62,059 bases of DNA from Akkermansia sp. GTDB taxonomy: Bacteria > Verrucomicrobiota > Verrucomicrobiia > Limisphaerales > SIBH01. The translations under genes and the position numbers were made by a program. The stretch spans positions 1 to 62,059 of the forward strand of contig JAYVNY010000111.1 of assembly GCA_043758205.1 (NCBI GenBank). Reading direction: 5' to 3'. Under the pieces are notes generated by a model. The model was not told where the DNA came from. It did not search any database and saw only the letters and a list, made by a program, of their open reading frames with translations. Below are positions 44,243-53,349 of this stretch, piece by piece. The stretch's first letter is position 1, and each line of letters opens with the position of its first letter.

Positions 44243-45583
44243 ATGAAATCACTTCCCACGCTCTCGCGGATTCTTTCCATCGGACTATTGGCGGTCCTGG
44301 TCGGCGGTTGCGCCACGGCGCAGGACCGGGACTCGCGCTTCGTCTCCCTCTTCAACGGCTCCGACCTCACGGGCTGGCGCGGCGGCGACACTTACGATCA
44401 TCGCAAGCTGCTCGCCCTGCCGGACGACAAGCGCGCCGAGCAAATTGAGAAGTGGAACAAGTCCATGCTGGCCAAGAACGACAAGACCGGAAAATCCCAC
44501 TGGTATGTCGAGAACGAGGAACTGGTGAACGACGGCCTCGGCGCTTACGCCACAACAGAAAAGGACTACGGCGACTTCGAGCTGTTCCTCGAATACAAGA
44601 CCGTGGCGCGCGCGGACTCGGGCATTTACCTCCGGGGCTGCCCGCAGGTGCAAATCTGGGACTACACCGAGACGAACAAATTCTCGCTTGGCGCGAACAA
44701 GGGCAGCGGCGGACTTTGGAACAACAGCCCCGGCGCACCGGGCAAAGACCCGCTCGTCTTCGCCGACCATCCCTTCGGCGAATGGAACAAGTTCCACATC
44801 CTCATGGTCGGCGCGCGCGTGAGCATCTGGCTGAATGGCAAGCTCACCGTGGACCACGCGCTCATGGAAAACTATTACGACCGCAAGTCGAGTGTGCCGG
44901 CGCGCGGCCCGATTCAACTTCAGACCCACGGCGGCGAGATTCGCTGGCGCAACATCAGGCTGCGGGAAATCGGCGGCGTGGAAGCGAACAAGATTCTCGC
45001 GAACCACGGCGGCAAAGATTTCGCGTCCGTCTTCAACGGTCGCGACTTCACCGGCTGGGCTGGTCCCGTGGACAACTATGTCGTGACCAACGGCGCGGTC
45101 ATGTGCCTGCCCGGCAAAGGCGGAACGATTTACACCCAGGACCAATTCAGCGACTTCGTCGTCCGCCTGGAATTCAAAGTCCCCTCGGGCGGCAACAACG
45201 GACTCGCGTTGCGCTACCCCGGCCAGGGCGACACTGCGTATGTCGGCCTGTGCGAGTTGCAGGTGCTTGACGACAATTACGACAAGGTGAACGGCAAGAT
45301 CGATCCACGCCAGGCGCACGGCTCCGCCTACGGCATGGCGGCGGCGCAGCGCGGCTATCATCGCCCGGTCGGCGAATGGAATTTTCAGGAAGTGACCGTG
45401 CAAGGCTCGACCATCAAAACAGAGTTGAACGGCGTGCTCATCCTCAACACTGACCTCTCGAAGATCACGAACTACATGGCGAACAGCCCGCACCCCGGGA
45501 AGAACAACACCAGCGGCCACTTCGGTTTCGCAGGCCACAACGATCCCGTCGCCTTCCGCAACGTGCAGATCAAGAAGTTGTAG
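44243..45583 (+). CDS. Lipoprotein with two DUF1080 (3-keto-disaccharide hydrolase-like) domains
   Basis: The lipobox is LVGGCAT. The pattern LFNGxDLxGW...HGGEIRWRNIRL / ...FRNVQIK occurs twice, as is typical of DUF1080. Confidence 0.85.
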   Translation: MKSLPTLSRILSIGLLAVLVGGCATAQDRDSRFVSLFNGSDLTGWRGGDTYDHRKLLALPDDKRAEQIEKWNKSMLAKNDKTGKSHWYVENEELVNDGLGAYATTEKDYGDFELFLEYKTVARADSGIYLRGCPQVQIWDYTETNKFSLGANKGSGGLWNNSPGAPGKDPLVFADHPFGEWNKFHILMVGARVSIWLNGKLTVDHALMENYYDRKSSVPARGPIQLQTHGGEIRWRNIRLREIGGVEANKILANHGGKDFASVFNGRDFTGWAGPVDNYVVTNGAVMCLPGKGGTIYTQDQFSDFVVRLEFKVPSGGNNGLALRYPGQGDTAYVGLCELQVLDDNYDKVNGKIDPRQAHGSAYGMAAAQRGYHRPVGEWNFQEVTVQGSTIKTELNGVLILNTDLSKITNYMANSPHPGKNNTSGHFGFAGHNDPVAFRNVQIKKL

Positions 45584-45673
45584 GTGGAACAAGAGCGGAG
45601 GAGTGATGGAGTTTTGGGTGCGCAGATTCATTATTCCATTGCTCCACTGCTCCATCACTCCAATCTCTGCCCT

Positions 45674-46252
45674 GTGCGAATCATTGGCGGATCAGCCGGC
45701 GGACTCCTTCTCAAAGCGCCCAAGGGACTCGACGTGCGGCCCACGCCGGACCTCGTGCGGCAGGCGCTCTTCAACAGTCTCGCGCCGCGCATCGAGGGCG
45801 CACGCGTGCTCGAACTTTTTGGCGGCACCGGCGCGCTGAGTCTCGAATGCCTCAGTCGCGGCGCCCGCGAGGCGCTCTGCATCGAGCTTTCACCCAAACA
45901 CGCACGCATCATTGAGCAGAACTGCGCGTCGTTGAACTTGCCGGCGAATTCTTTTCGTGTGCGCGTGCAGGATGTTTTCACCGCGCTGCCGCAGCTCGCA
46001 ACGGCGGGCGAACGTTACGACCTCATCGTGGCCGACCCGCCGTATGGCGAAAAGAACGTGGGCCGACGCAGCGAGTCCTTCGCGCAACGTTGCCTGGATA
46101 ATGAAACGCTCCCGCGCCTGCTCACGCCGGGCGGGCTGTTCGTGCTCGGCCACGCGCGGCGCGACACGCTCACGGTGCCGCCCCGCTGGCACGAACGGAA
46201 GTTCATGAAGCACGGCGATTCCATCATGCGCTTCCTGGAGATGAAGGGATGA
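45674..46252 (+). CDS. rsmD: 16S rRNA (guanine966-N2)-methyltransferase
   Basis: Seen: VRIIGGSAGG, RPTPDLVRQALFN, LELFGGTGALSLE and VADPPY. The GTG start is at 45674. The upstream part of the listed ORF is a repeat (attccattgctccactgctccatcactcc). Confidence 0.85.
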   Translation: MRIIGGSAGGLLLKAPKGLDVRPTPDLVRQALFNSLAPRIEGARVLELFGGTGALSLECLSRGAREALCIELSPKHARIIEQNCASLNLPANSFRVRVQDVFTALPQLATAGERYDLIVADPPYGEKNVGRRSESFAQRCLDNETLPRLLTPGGLFVLGHARRDTLTVPPRWHERKFMKHGDSIMRFLEMKG

Positions 46253-47175
46253 AACCACTGGCTCTGGTCGGAGGACTCTTGCTCATGCTGACACCCATGT
46301 TCGCTGCTGATACTAACGCCCTCGGACCACGCGACACGCGGCTGCAAACGCTCGTGGATGAAACCTTCGCGGCGACGCTGACGGAATTTGCCGCCAAAAA
46401 ACTTCTCACCAACCAGCTCGCCATCACCCTCGTGGACGTGCGCGATGTGAAACAGTTGAAGCACGGCAGCGCGCGTGGCGGCGTAGCGATTTATCCGGCC
46501 AGCGTGGTGAAGATGTTCTATCTCGCCGCCACGCATCGCTGGCTGGAGGACGGCAAACTCTCGGACACCGCCGAACTGCGCCGCGCGATGAAGGACATGA
46601 TCGTGGACTCCAACAACGACGCCACGGCCTACATCGTGGACTTGCTTACCGGCACCACGGGTGGGCCGGAATTGCCGGAAGCGGAAATGAAACTCTGGGG
46701 CGAGAAACGCAACGCCGTGAACCGCTACTTCACATCGCTCAACTACACGAACATCAATGCGAATCAGAAGCCGTGGAACGAGGGTCCCTACGGTCGCGAG
46801 CGCGCCTGGGTCGGGGAGAAATTCGGCAACCGCAACATGCTCACCACCGACGCCACCGCGCGGCTGCTCGCCGAAATCGCCCTCGGCCAATGCGTCTCCA
46901 CGAAGCGCAGCACGGAGATGATGACGTTGCACGCCCGCGATTTCACCGCTGCCGGCGACGTGGACGATCAGGCGCGCGGCTTCTCCGCCAGTGGCCTGCC
47001 GCGTGATGCGAAGTTGTGGTCCAAGGCCGGTTGGACCAGCAACACGCGCCACGACGCAGCGTATGTGGAACTCGCGGACGGCAGAAAATTTGTCCTCGTG
47101 ATTTTCACCACCGGCCATGCGAACGAGCGCGGAATCATTCCGTTCATCGCGCGCACCATCGTCGCCAAACTATAA
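46249..47175 (+). CDS. Serine hydrolase, class A beta-lactamase-like fold
   Basis: There is a signal peptide. Seen: SVVK (SxxK), SNN (SDN-like) and KAGW (KTG-like). An ATGA overlap joins it to rsmD. Confidence 0.75.
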   Translation: MKPLALVGGLLLMLTPMFAADTNALGPRDTRLQTLVDETFAATLTEFAAKKLLTNQLAITLVDVRDVKQLKHGSARGGVAIYPASVVKMFYLAATHRWLEDGKLSDTAELRRAMKDMIVDSNNDATAYIVDLLTGTTGGPELPEAEMKLWGEKRNAVNRYFTSLNYTNINANQKPWNEGPYGRERAWVGEKFGNRNMLTTDATARLLAEIALGQCVSTKRSTEMMTLHARDFTAAGDVDDQARGFSASGLPRDAKLWSKAGWTSNTRHDAAYVELADGRKFVLVIFTTGHANERGIIPFIARTIVAKL

Positions 47176-47208
47176 GGTGGGGTGTCGTCGCTCCACGCGC
47201 GCGGCGGG
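47175..47208. repeat. Half-copy of the 5069-5177 palindrome arm, between convergent genes
   Basis: aaggtggggtgtcgtcgctccacgcgcgcggcgg can be compared with ctggtagggcgtcgtcgctccgcgcgcgccgg, the reverse complement of 5145-5176. Confidence 0.7.
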
Positions 47209-47217
47209 CCAGGCCGG

Positions 47218-48285
47218 CTACCGCGATTGCACCAACACCTTGAACGGACGCCCCAAATGCTCGGGGTGGGTGAGGGTTTGAAATTGTCGCACCTGGGGTT
47301 GTGACCATGAATCCTTCTTAATCCAGAGCGTACGCGCGATCTCGGTGAGGAACTGGCCTTGGGTGGTGAACGATTCGGTCTTCAATCCCGCCGCCTCGCC
47401 CGAGTGGATGATCTCCGTGAAGTTGACGTGCGCGGTGATGTCCTGCTCGCCCGGGTTCGCCAGCACATCTGCGCCGACGCGATGGCCGGAGTAGGCGCGG
47501 AGCGTGCCGGTGTTTCGCGCGGGGGAAAGCAGTTCTTCGAGCACGCCGCCGTAATCAATCGTCATCAATTTTCCACTGACCAAGGACGCTGCGGCCTCGC
47601 GCCACCAGTCAGTCGCCGCAGGGCAGAGTTCCACCACGTAGCCGTCCGGCAGCACGTCGAGGAGCGCGGAGGGCAGTTGTGGGTGCGAGGGATTAGGCTG
47701 GGTCAGTCGCGTCCAGATGAGCTGTTCGTCTCGGAGCGTCACGGCCATTTCCTCCCAACGCCGCTCCGAGGCGTTCCACGCGAAGGGATGCACGGGCATG
47801 GCGTCGAGCAGTTCGTTGGAAAAAATCACTCCTCGCACGCGGTGGTGGATGTCGCTGAACGTGTCGTGCCAGCGGACATTGTGAAAACGAGCGAGTTTCG
47901 CCTGCTGCGCGGCCCGCCGGGCGGGCGAAGGTTCGACGATCCAATACGCCGCTAGCGGGAACAGGGAAGGCTCTTGTTCCTCCAAACTTTCCAGAATGTC
48001 GAAGGCTAGTTGTCCATCATGCGCGCCGGATTCGACGATTTGCCATGTGGATTGCGCGTCGCGTTCCACCTCGATCCAGCGCGCGAATTGAAATGCCAGC
48101 AGTTCACCAAACATCGAACCGACGCTGACGCTGGTGATGAAGTCGCCGCGACGGCCGATTTGCCCGCGCGTGCCACTGTAGTAACCGTGCTGCGGGTGGT
48201 AGAGCGCGAGATGCATGAATTTCGCGAAGGGCAGCGGCCCATCGCGCTCGATGTGCGCCCGGACCATGTCGGTAAGCGCGCTCAT
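47218..48285 (-). CDS. SAM-dependent methyltransferase, MidA/NDUFAF7 (DUF185) family
   Basis: Seen: PLPFAKFMHLALYHPQHGYY, GDFITS and SNELLDAMP. The product is 355 aa. Confidence 0.8.
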   Translation of the reverse strand: MSALTDMVRAHIERDGPLPFAKFMHLALYHPQHGYYSGTRGQIGRRGDFITSVSVGSMFGELLAFQFARWIEVERDAQSTWQIVESGAHDGQLAFDILESLEEQEPSLFPLAAYWIVEPSPARRAAQQAKLARFHNVRWHDTFSDIHHRVRGVIFSNELLDAMPVHPFAWNASERRWEEMAVTLRDEQLIWTRLTQPNPSHPQLPSALLDVLPDGYVVELCPAATDWWREAAASLVSGKLMTIDYGGVLEELLSPARNTGTLRAYSGHRVGADVLANPGEQDITAHVNFTEIIHSGEAAGLKTESFTTQGQFLTEIARTLWIKKDSWSQPQVRQFQTLTHPEHLGRPFKVLVQSR

Positions 48286-48425
48286 CAGCGTGCCGCCAGC
48301 GTCGCGCTGTCAGATGAGTTGGGATTAAAATTCAACCAACCGGAGGCTGGCGGTAAGCTGACCTGGCTGATCCATTCGCCCTGCATCTCAAGTATCTCGT
48401 TTCTCATGCCGCTGTATTTTCTCGT

Positions 48426-49529
48426 ATGGCTAAGATCGATGCCTTTTTTAATCTGATGTTCGAGCAGAAAGCGTCCGACGTGCATCTGTCGTCCGGCAAC
48501 CCGCCCATTCTGCGCATCAACGGCGAACTCCAGCGCGTGGAGTTTCCGGCGCTCGAGAGCGATCAGCTCAAGGCGATGCTCTACGAAATCACGCCGGAGT
48601 ACAAGATTAAACAATTTGAAGAATCCGGCGACGTGGATTTCGGCTACGAAATCCCCGGCGTCTCGCGTTTTCGCGCCAATTTTTTCAACCAGAAGAACGG
48701 TGTGGCCGCCGTGTTCCGCCAGATCCCCTCGAAGGTTCTTTCCTTTGAAGATTTCGAGAAGTTCGACGCGCCGCTGCCGCCGGTGCTGAAAAAATTCTGC
48801 ATGTTGCACAAGGGCCTGGTGCTGGTGACCGGCCCGACCGGCTCCGGCAAATCTACCACGCTGGCCGCGATGATTGATTACGTGAACAAAAACCGGCGCG
48901 ACCATGTGCTCACCGTTGAAGACCCCATCGAGTTTGTGCACGAGAGCAAGAACTGCCTTGTGAACCATCGTGAGGTCGGCATCCACACGCGCTCGTTTGC
49001 CTCCGCGCTCAAGGGCGCGCTGCGCGAAGATCCAGACGTGATTCTCGTCGGCGAAATGCGCGACCTTGAAACCATCGAACTCGCCATCACCGCCGCGAGC
49101 ACCGGACATCTGGTCTTCGGCACGCTGCACACGTCGAGCGCGGCCAAGACGGTGGACCGTATCATTGACGTGTTTCCTGCCGACCAGCAGAACAAGATTC
49201 GCGCGACGCTCTCCGAGGCTTTGAAGGGCGTGGTCGCGCAAAACCTTTTCAAGCGCGTGGACAAGAAGGGCCGCGTGGCCGCGCTGGAAATTCTCGTCTT
49301 CACCACCGCCATCGCGAACCTCGTGCGCGAAGGCAAGACGCATCAACTGCCCGGCATGATCCAGGTCGGCAAGAAGATCGGCAACGTGCCGCTCGACGAC
49401 GCCATCATGGACCACCTGCGCATGAAACGCATTTCCCCGGAGGAGGCTTACGACAAGTGCCTCGATAAGAAAAAATTTCGTCCCTTCCTCACCACCCCAC
49501 CACTGGATGACGAAGTGGCCACCACCTAA
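48426..49529 (+). CDS. pilT: Type IV pilus retraction ATPase PilT
   Basis: Seen: ASDVHL, Walker A GPTGSGKST, EDPIEF, Walker B ILVGEMRD and GHLVFGTLHT. The product is 367 aa. Confidence 0.9.
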   Translation: MAKIDAFFNLMFEQKASDVHLSSGNPPILRINGELQRVEFPALESDQLKAMLYEITPEYKIKQFEESGDVDFGYEIPGVSRFRANFFNQKNGVAAVFRQIPSKVLSFEDFEKFDAPLPPVLKKFCMLHKGLVLVTGPTGSGKSTTLAAMIDYVNKNRRDHVLTVEDPIEFVHESKNCLVNHREVGIHTRSFASALKGALREDPDVILVGEMRDLETIELAITAASTGHLVFGTLHTSSAAKTVDRIIDVFPADQQNKIRATLSEALKGVVAQNLFKRVDKKGRVAALEILVFTTAIANLVREGKTHQLPGMIQVGKKIGNVPLDDAIMDHLRMKRISPEEAYDKCLDKKKFRPFLTTPPLDDEVATT

Positions 49530-49534
49530 ACTTC

Positions 49535-50749
49535 ATGCGCCGCAACGAACTCGATTACATTCTGACGACGATGCTCGATTTTCGGGCCAACGTCTCGGAT
49601 CTCATTTTCACCGTGGACAAGCCGCCGCAGGTCGAGGCCGACGGCGTGCTCGTGCCGGTGCCGTTCACGCCACTGCCGTTGGAGAAGCTCACGTCGTTTC
49701 AGGCTGAGACGATTGCGCTGAACCTGTGCGGCGGCAATCCGCGTCTCGTGGACGATCTGCTGCGCACCGGTTCGTGCGACACGTCGTACTCGGTGATTGA
49801 TAGGGCACGCTTCCGCGTGAACATTTTCTCGCAGCGCGGCAATTACTCCATCGTGCTGCGCAAGCTGAACACGAAGATTGCGACGCTCTCAGATTTGAAG
49901 CTGCCGGACATTCTGCACCAGCCCGCGAAGGAAAAAACCGGCCTGGTGCTCGTGACCGGCGCGACCGGCTCGGGCAAATCCACGACGCTCGCCGCCATGC
50001 TCGACGAGATTAACGGGACCAAGTCCGTCCACATCGTGACGCTCGAAGACCCGGTGGAGTTCGTCTATGCGCAGAAGCAGGCCACCATCAATCAGCGCGA
50101 GATGGGTTCGGATTTCGACAGTTTCTCCAGCGGCTTGCGCGCCGCGTTGCGCCAGGCTCCGAAGATCATTCTTGTGGGCGAAATGCGCGACCGGGCCACG
50201 GTGGAGATTGCTTTGAGCGCGGCGGAGACCGGTCACTTGGTGATGAGCACGCTGCACACGATTGACGCGGGCCAGACCATCAACCGTATTCTCGGCATGT
50301 TCGAGACCGGCGAACAGGAGCAGATGCGCCATCGTCTTGCGGACACGTTGCGCTGGATCGTGGGCCAGCGTCTGGCACCAAAGATCGGCGGTGGCCGGCA
50401 CGCGCTTTTGGAAATCATGGGTTCCAACCTTCGCATCAAGGAGAGCATCGTGTTTGGCGAGGGCGAGGGAAAAAGTTTCAGCGAAATCGTCGAGGCCAGC
50501 TACACGTTCGGCTGGCGGAGTTTCGACCAGTCCTGCATGGACGCTTACGACAACAACCTCATCAGCGAAGAAACGGCGCTGCTCTATTGCAGCAAACGCG
50601 GGACGGTGCAGCGCGGCATTGACAACATCAAGAAGCGGCGCGGCGAGAACACCTCCGAGTTCACTTTGAAAATGGCGGAGAAAATGGAGACGCGCACCAA
50701 GTCCTCCGGCGCGGCTACACCCCCGTTGCAAACCATCAAGATGCACTGA
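49535..50749 (+). CDS. Second PilT/PilU-family ATPase with a ~40-aa C-terminal extension
   Basis: Seen: Walker A GATGSGKST, EDPVEF, ILVGEMRD and GHLVMSTLHT. It starts 6 nt after the pilT stop. Confidence 0.85.
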   Translation: MRRNELDYILTTMLDFRANVSDLIFTVDKPPQVEADGVLVPVPFTPLPLEKLTSFQAETIALNLCGGNPRLVDDLLRTGSCDTSYSVIDRARFRVNIFSQRGNYSIVLRKLNTKIATLSDLKLPDILHQPAKEKTGLVLVTGATGSGKSTTLAAMLDEINGTKSVHIVTLEDPVEFVYAQKQATINQREMGSDFDSFSSGLRAALRQAPKIILVGEMRDRATVEIALSAAETGHLVMSTLHTIDAGQTINRILGMFETGEQEQMRHRLADTLRWIVGQRLAPKIGGGRHALLEIMGSNLRIKESIVFGEGEGKSFSEIVEASYTFGWRSFDQSCMDAYDNNLISEETALLYCSKRGTVQRGIDNIKKRRGENTSEFTLKMAEKMETRTKSSGAATPPLQTIKMH

Positions 50750-50761
50750 ACGAACTGACTT

Positions 50762-51235
50762 ATGGCCGCCTCCTTTGATTTTCTTACGACGAGTGACAAG
50801 CCCGCGCTGCTCGCGTTGAGCACGCCCGAATGGACGGAACTGTCCAAAGCCGCGCTCAGCGAGCTCGGCTACAAAGTCCACCAGGCCGCGACGCACAGCG
50901 ACTTCATCTCGAACTTCACGCAGGTTGCGTATCAGGTCGTGGTGATCGAGGAATGTTTCGCCGCCGACACGGCGCCGGAGAATCGCAGCCTGACATATTT
51001 GCAGACGGTCTCCATGCAGTTGCGCCGTCACGCGACGATCATTCTGGTGGGTGACCCTTACACCAGTTTCAACCCGATGGAAGCCTATCAGCAAGGTGTG
51101 CATCTGGTGGTCAACCGTTCCGAGATGCTGCTGCTCATCCAGTTCATCCAGAAGGTGACGGCGGACAACGACACCTTCCTGCATGGCTTCCGCGAGACCC
51201 AGCGCCGCATCGCACAGGGGCTGGGGAAGATGTGA
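50762..51235 (+). CDS. Receiver-like (pseudo-receiver) protein lacking the canonical acidic pocket
   Basis: The 157-aa product has an alternating beta/alpha pattern (PALLALS..., QVVVIEE, TIILVGD, HLVVNR). Asp residues are replaced at the phospho-acceptor positions. The fold call is pattern recognition only. Confidence 0.55.
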   Translation: MAASFDFLTTSDKPALLALSTPEWTELSKAALSELGYKVHQAATHSDFISNFTQVAYQVVVIEECFAADTAPENRSLTYLQTVSMQLRRHATIILVGDPYTSFNPMEAYQQGVHLVVNRSEMLLLIQFIQKVTADNDTFLHGFRETQRRIAQGLGKM

Positions 51236-51384
51236 GCGCCGCAGGAAAATGCCGTTGACCCTCAGCACCCAGCCCGATACGTTCCGCGCCGTGATTCAAA
51301 AGACGAACATCCGACTGCTGCTTTCCGCGCTGCTGCTTAGTGGCGCGGCGGTCAGGTGCTGATTCACAGGAAAACTTTCAGAAA

Positions 51385-51416
51385 CCTCACTGCCCTAAAA
51401 GGCGGTGGGGTTTTTT
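51385..51416 (+). terminator. Intrinsic terminator at the end of the pilT operon
   Basis: A 10-bp stem, cctcactgcc / ggcggtgggg (two G-U pairs), has the loop ctaaaa and is followed by tttttt. Confidence 0.7.
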
Positions 51417-51569
51417 GTTGCCCGAATCCCAAACGTCTTGGTTGAAACCGGGCAACAGAGTGGAGTTTTTTTGCTCCGCAGTGGAGCGCAGATTTTCGCA
51501 GATAAGATTTTTCATCTGCTTTTATCCACGTTTATCTGCGGTTCAAGAACTCCGAGAAACGACAAAATC

Positions 51570-53252
51570 ATGTTGAAGAATCCTGCATCCAAGTATCAGC
51601 GGTTCGAGCCAGTCCAGTTGCCTGACCGCCAGTGGCCGAACCGCACGCTCTCCCACGCCCCCCTCTGGTGCAGCGTGGACTTGCGCGACGGCAACCAGGC
51701 GCTGGCCGTGCCGATGAACGTCTCGCAGAAGCTGGAGCTTTTTCAGGCGCTCGTGGCCTGCGGGTTCAAGGAAATTGAGGTCGGCTTCCCGTCGGCCTCG
51801 AACACCGAGTTCGCCTTCAACCGCCTGCTCATCGAGAAGAACCACATTCCTGACGACGTGACGATCCAGGTGCTCGTGCAGGCGCGCGAGGACTTGATTG
51901 AGAAGACTGTGCAATCACTCATGGGGGCCAAAAAGGTCATCATCCACCTCTACAACTCCACCTCGCCGGCGCAGCGCCGCGTGGTCTTTGGCAAGTCGAA
52001 GGAAGAGGTCAAGGCCATCGCCGTCCAGGGCGCGCAATGGATCAAGGACCGTTTGCCCCGGCTCGCCGGCACGGAAGTGAGGTTGCAGTATTCGCCGGAA
52101 AGTTTTTCCGCGACCGAGGTGGAGTTCGCCAAAGAAATTTCCGAGGCTGTGATGGACGTGTGGCAGCCCACCCCGGAGCGGAAGATGATTCTCAACCTCC
52201 CGGACACCGTGGAGGTCGCCATGCCGAATGTGTATGCCGACCAGATCGAATGGCTCTGCACCCACATCAAAAATCGCGACTCGCTCACGGTCAGCCTGCA
52301 CACGCACAACGACCGCGGCACCGGCGTGGCCGCGACAGAACTGGGCCTGCTCGCTGGTGCGGACCGCGTCGAGGGCACCCTCTTTGGCAATGGCGAACGC
52401 ACCGGCAACCTCGACATCGTCGTCGTGGCCATGAACTTCTACATGCACGGCCTTGACCCGAAGCTCGACTTCTCGAACCTCAGTTCCCTGATTCAAGTGT
52501 ATGAGCGTTGCACGGGCATGACGGTGCCGCCGCGCCAGCCTTACGCGGGCGAACTGGTCTTCACCGCGTTCAGTGGCTCGCATCAGGATGCGATCAAGAA
52601 GGGGTTGGCCGAGTGGGAGAAAAAATCTCTCAACCCTCAACCTTCAACTCTCAACCCACATTGGGACGTGCCGTATCTCACCATTGACCCGGCGGACATC
52701 GGTCGGGAATACCGCGAGGTCATCCGCGTGAATTCACAGTCCGGCAAAGGCGGCGTGGCCTACTTGCTGGAGAGCGAGTTCGGCATCGCGCTGCCGAAAG
52801 ACATGCAGCGGGAGTTCGGGCCGATTGCCAACGACGCCGTGGACGCGCTCGGGCGCGAAGTGACCGCCGGCGAACTCAAGACGATGTTCTGGAAGGAATA
52901 CGTGGAGCGGACCACGCCTTGGCGGCTCGGAAACTTCCGCGCACTCAGCGAAAACGGATGCGACAAATGCGAGGGAACAGTATTTCACGATCAACACCAA
53001 TTGGTCGTCATGGGTGAAGGCAACGGTCCCCTTTCAGCGTTTGTGCATGGGATGAGCAAACACGAGGCAACTCCGCGTTTTGAAATCACCAACTACAGCG
53101 AGCACGCCCTGAGCGCGGGCGAGGCGGCGGCGGCGATTGCTTACATCCAGATCAAAACGCACGACGGCCGGGTCCGCTGGGGTGCCGCTGTGGACACGAA
53201 CATCGCCCACGCCTCCATCCGCGCCGTGCTCAGCGCGCTGAACCGGCTGTGA
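51570..53252 (+). CDS. leuA: 2-isopropylmalate synthase (long LeuA type)
   Basis: The ATG at 51570 gives MLKNPASKYQRFEPVQLPDRQWP. Also seen: WCSVDLRDGNQAL, HTHNDRGTG, and VNSQSGKGGVAY plus a C-terminal regulatory domain. Confidence 0.95.
   Translation: MLKNPASKYQRFEPVQLPDRQWPNRTLSHAPLWCSVDLRDGNQALAVPMNVSQKLELFQALVACGFKEIEVGFPSASNTEFAFNRLLIEKNHIPDDVTIQVLVQAREDLIEKTVQSLMGAKKVIIHLYNSTSPAQRRVVFGKSKEEVKAIAVQGAQWIKDRLPRLAGTEVRLQYSPESFSATEVEFAKEISEAVMDVWQPTPERKMILNLPDTVEVAMPNVYADQIEWLCTHIKNRDSLTVSLHTHNDRGTGVAATELGLLAGADRVEGTLFGNGERTGNLDIVVVAMNFYMHGLDPKLDFSNLSSLIQVYERCTGMTVPPRQPYAGELVFTAFSGSHQDAIKKGLAEWEKKSLNPQPSTLNPHWDVPYLTIDPADIGREYREVIRVNSQSGKGGVAYLLESEFGIALPKDMQREFGPIANDAVDALGREVTAGELKTMFWKEYVERTTPWRLGNFRALSENGCDKCEGTVFHDQHQLVVMGEGNGPLSAFVHGMSKHEATPRFEITNYSEHALSAGEAAAAIAYIQIKTHDGRVRWGAAVDTNIAHASIRAVLSALNRL
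52629..52658 (+). repeat. Tandem CCTCAAC-type heptamers in frame inside leuA
   Basis: ctcaaccctcaaccttcaactctcaaccca encodes LNPQPSTLNP. The segment lies in the linker just before the conserved W-x-VPYL-x-IDP block. Confidence 0.85.
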
Positions 53253-53302
53253 GATTCTGACCTTGCTGCAGCCCGTGGAAACAGCCTGGCCCGTGGAGAC
53301 AT

Positions 53303-53332
53303 AAAAAAACGCGCCGGCGAAAAGCCGGCGCG
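53303..53332 (-). terminator. Intrinsic terminator for the peroxidase gene; the hairpin is shared with convergent leuA
   Basis: The stem is cgcgccggc / gccggcgcg with loop gaaaa. On the minus strand a T7 run follows; on the plus strand only TT follows. Confidence 0.8.
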
Positions 53333-53349
53333 TTCCGAGTTCTGAGCTG

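Noticed and set aside
51420-51569. Classical leucine attenuator with leader peptide upstream of leuA
   Set aside because: No short ORF with consecutive Leu codons is present, and the hairpin-forming sequence looks like a dispersed repeat.
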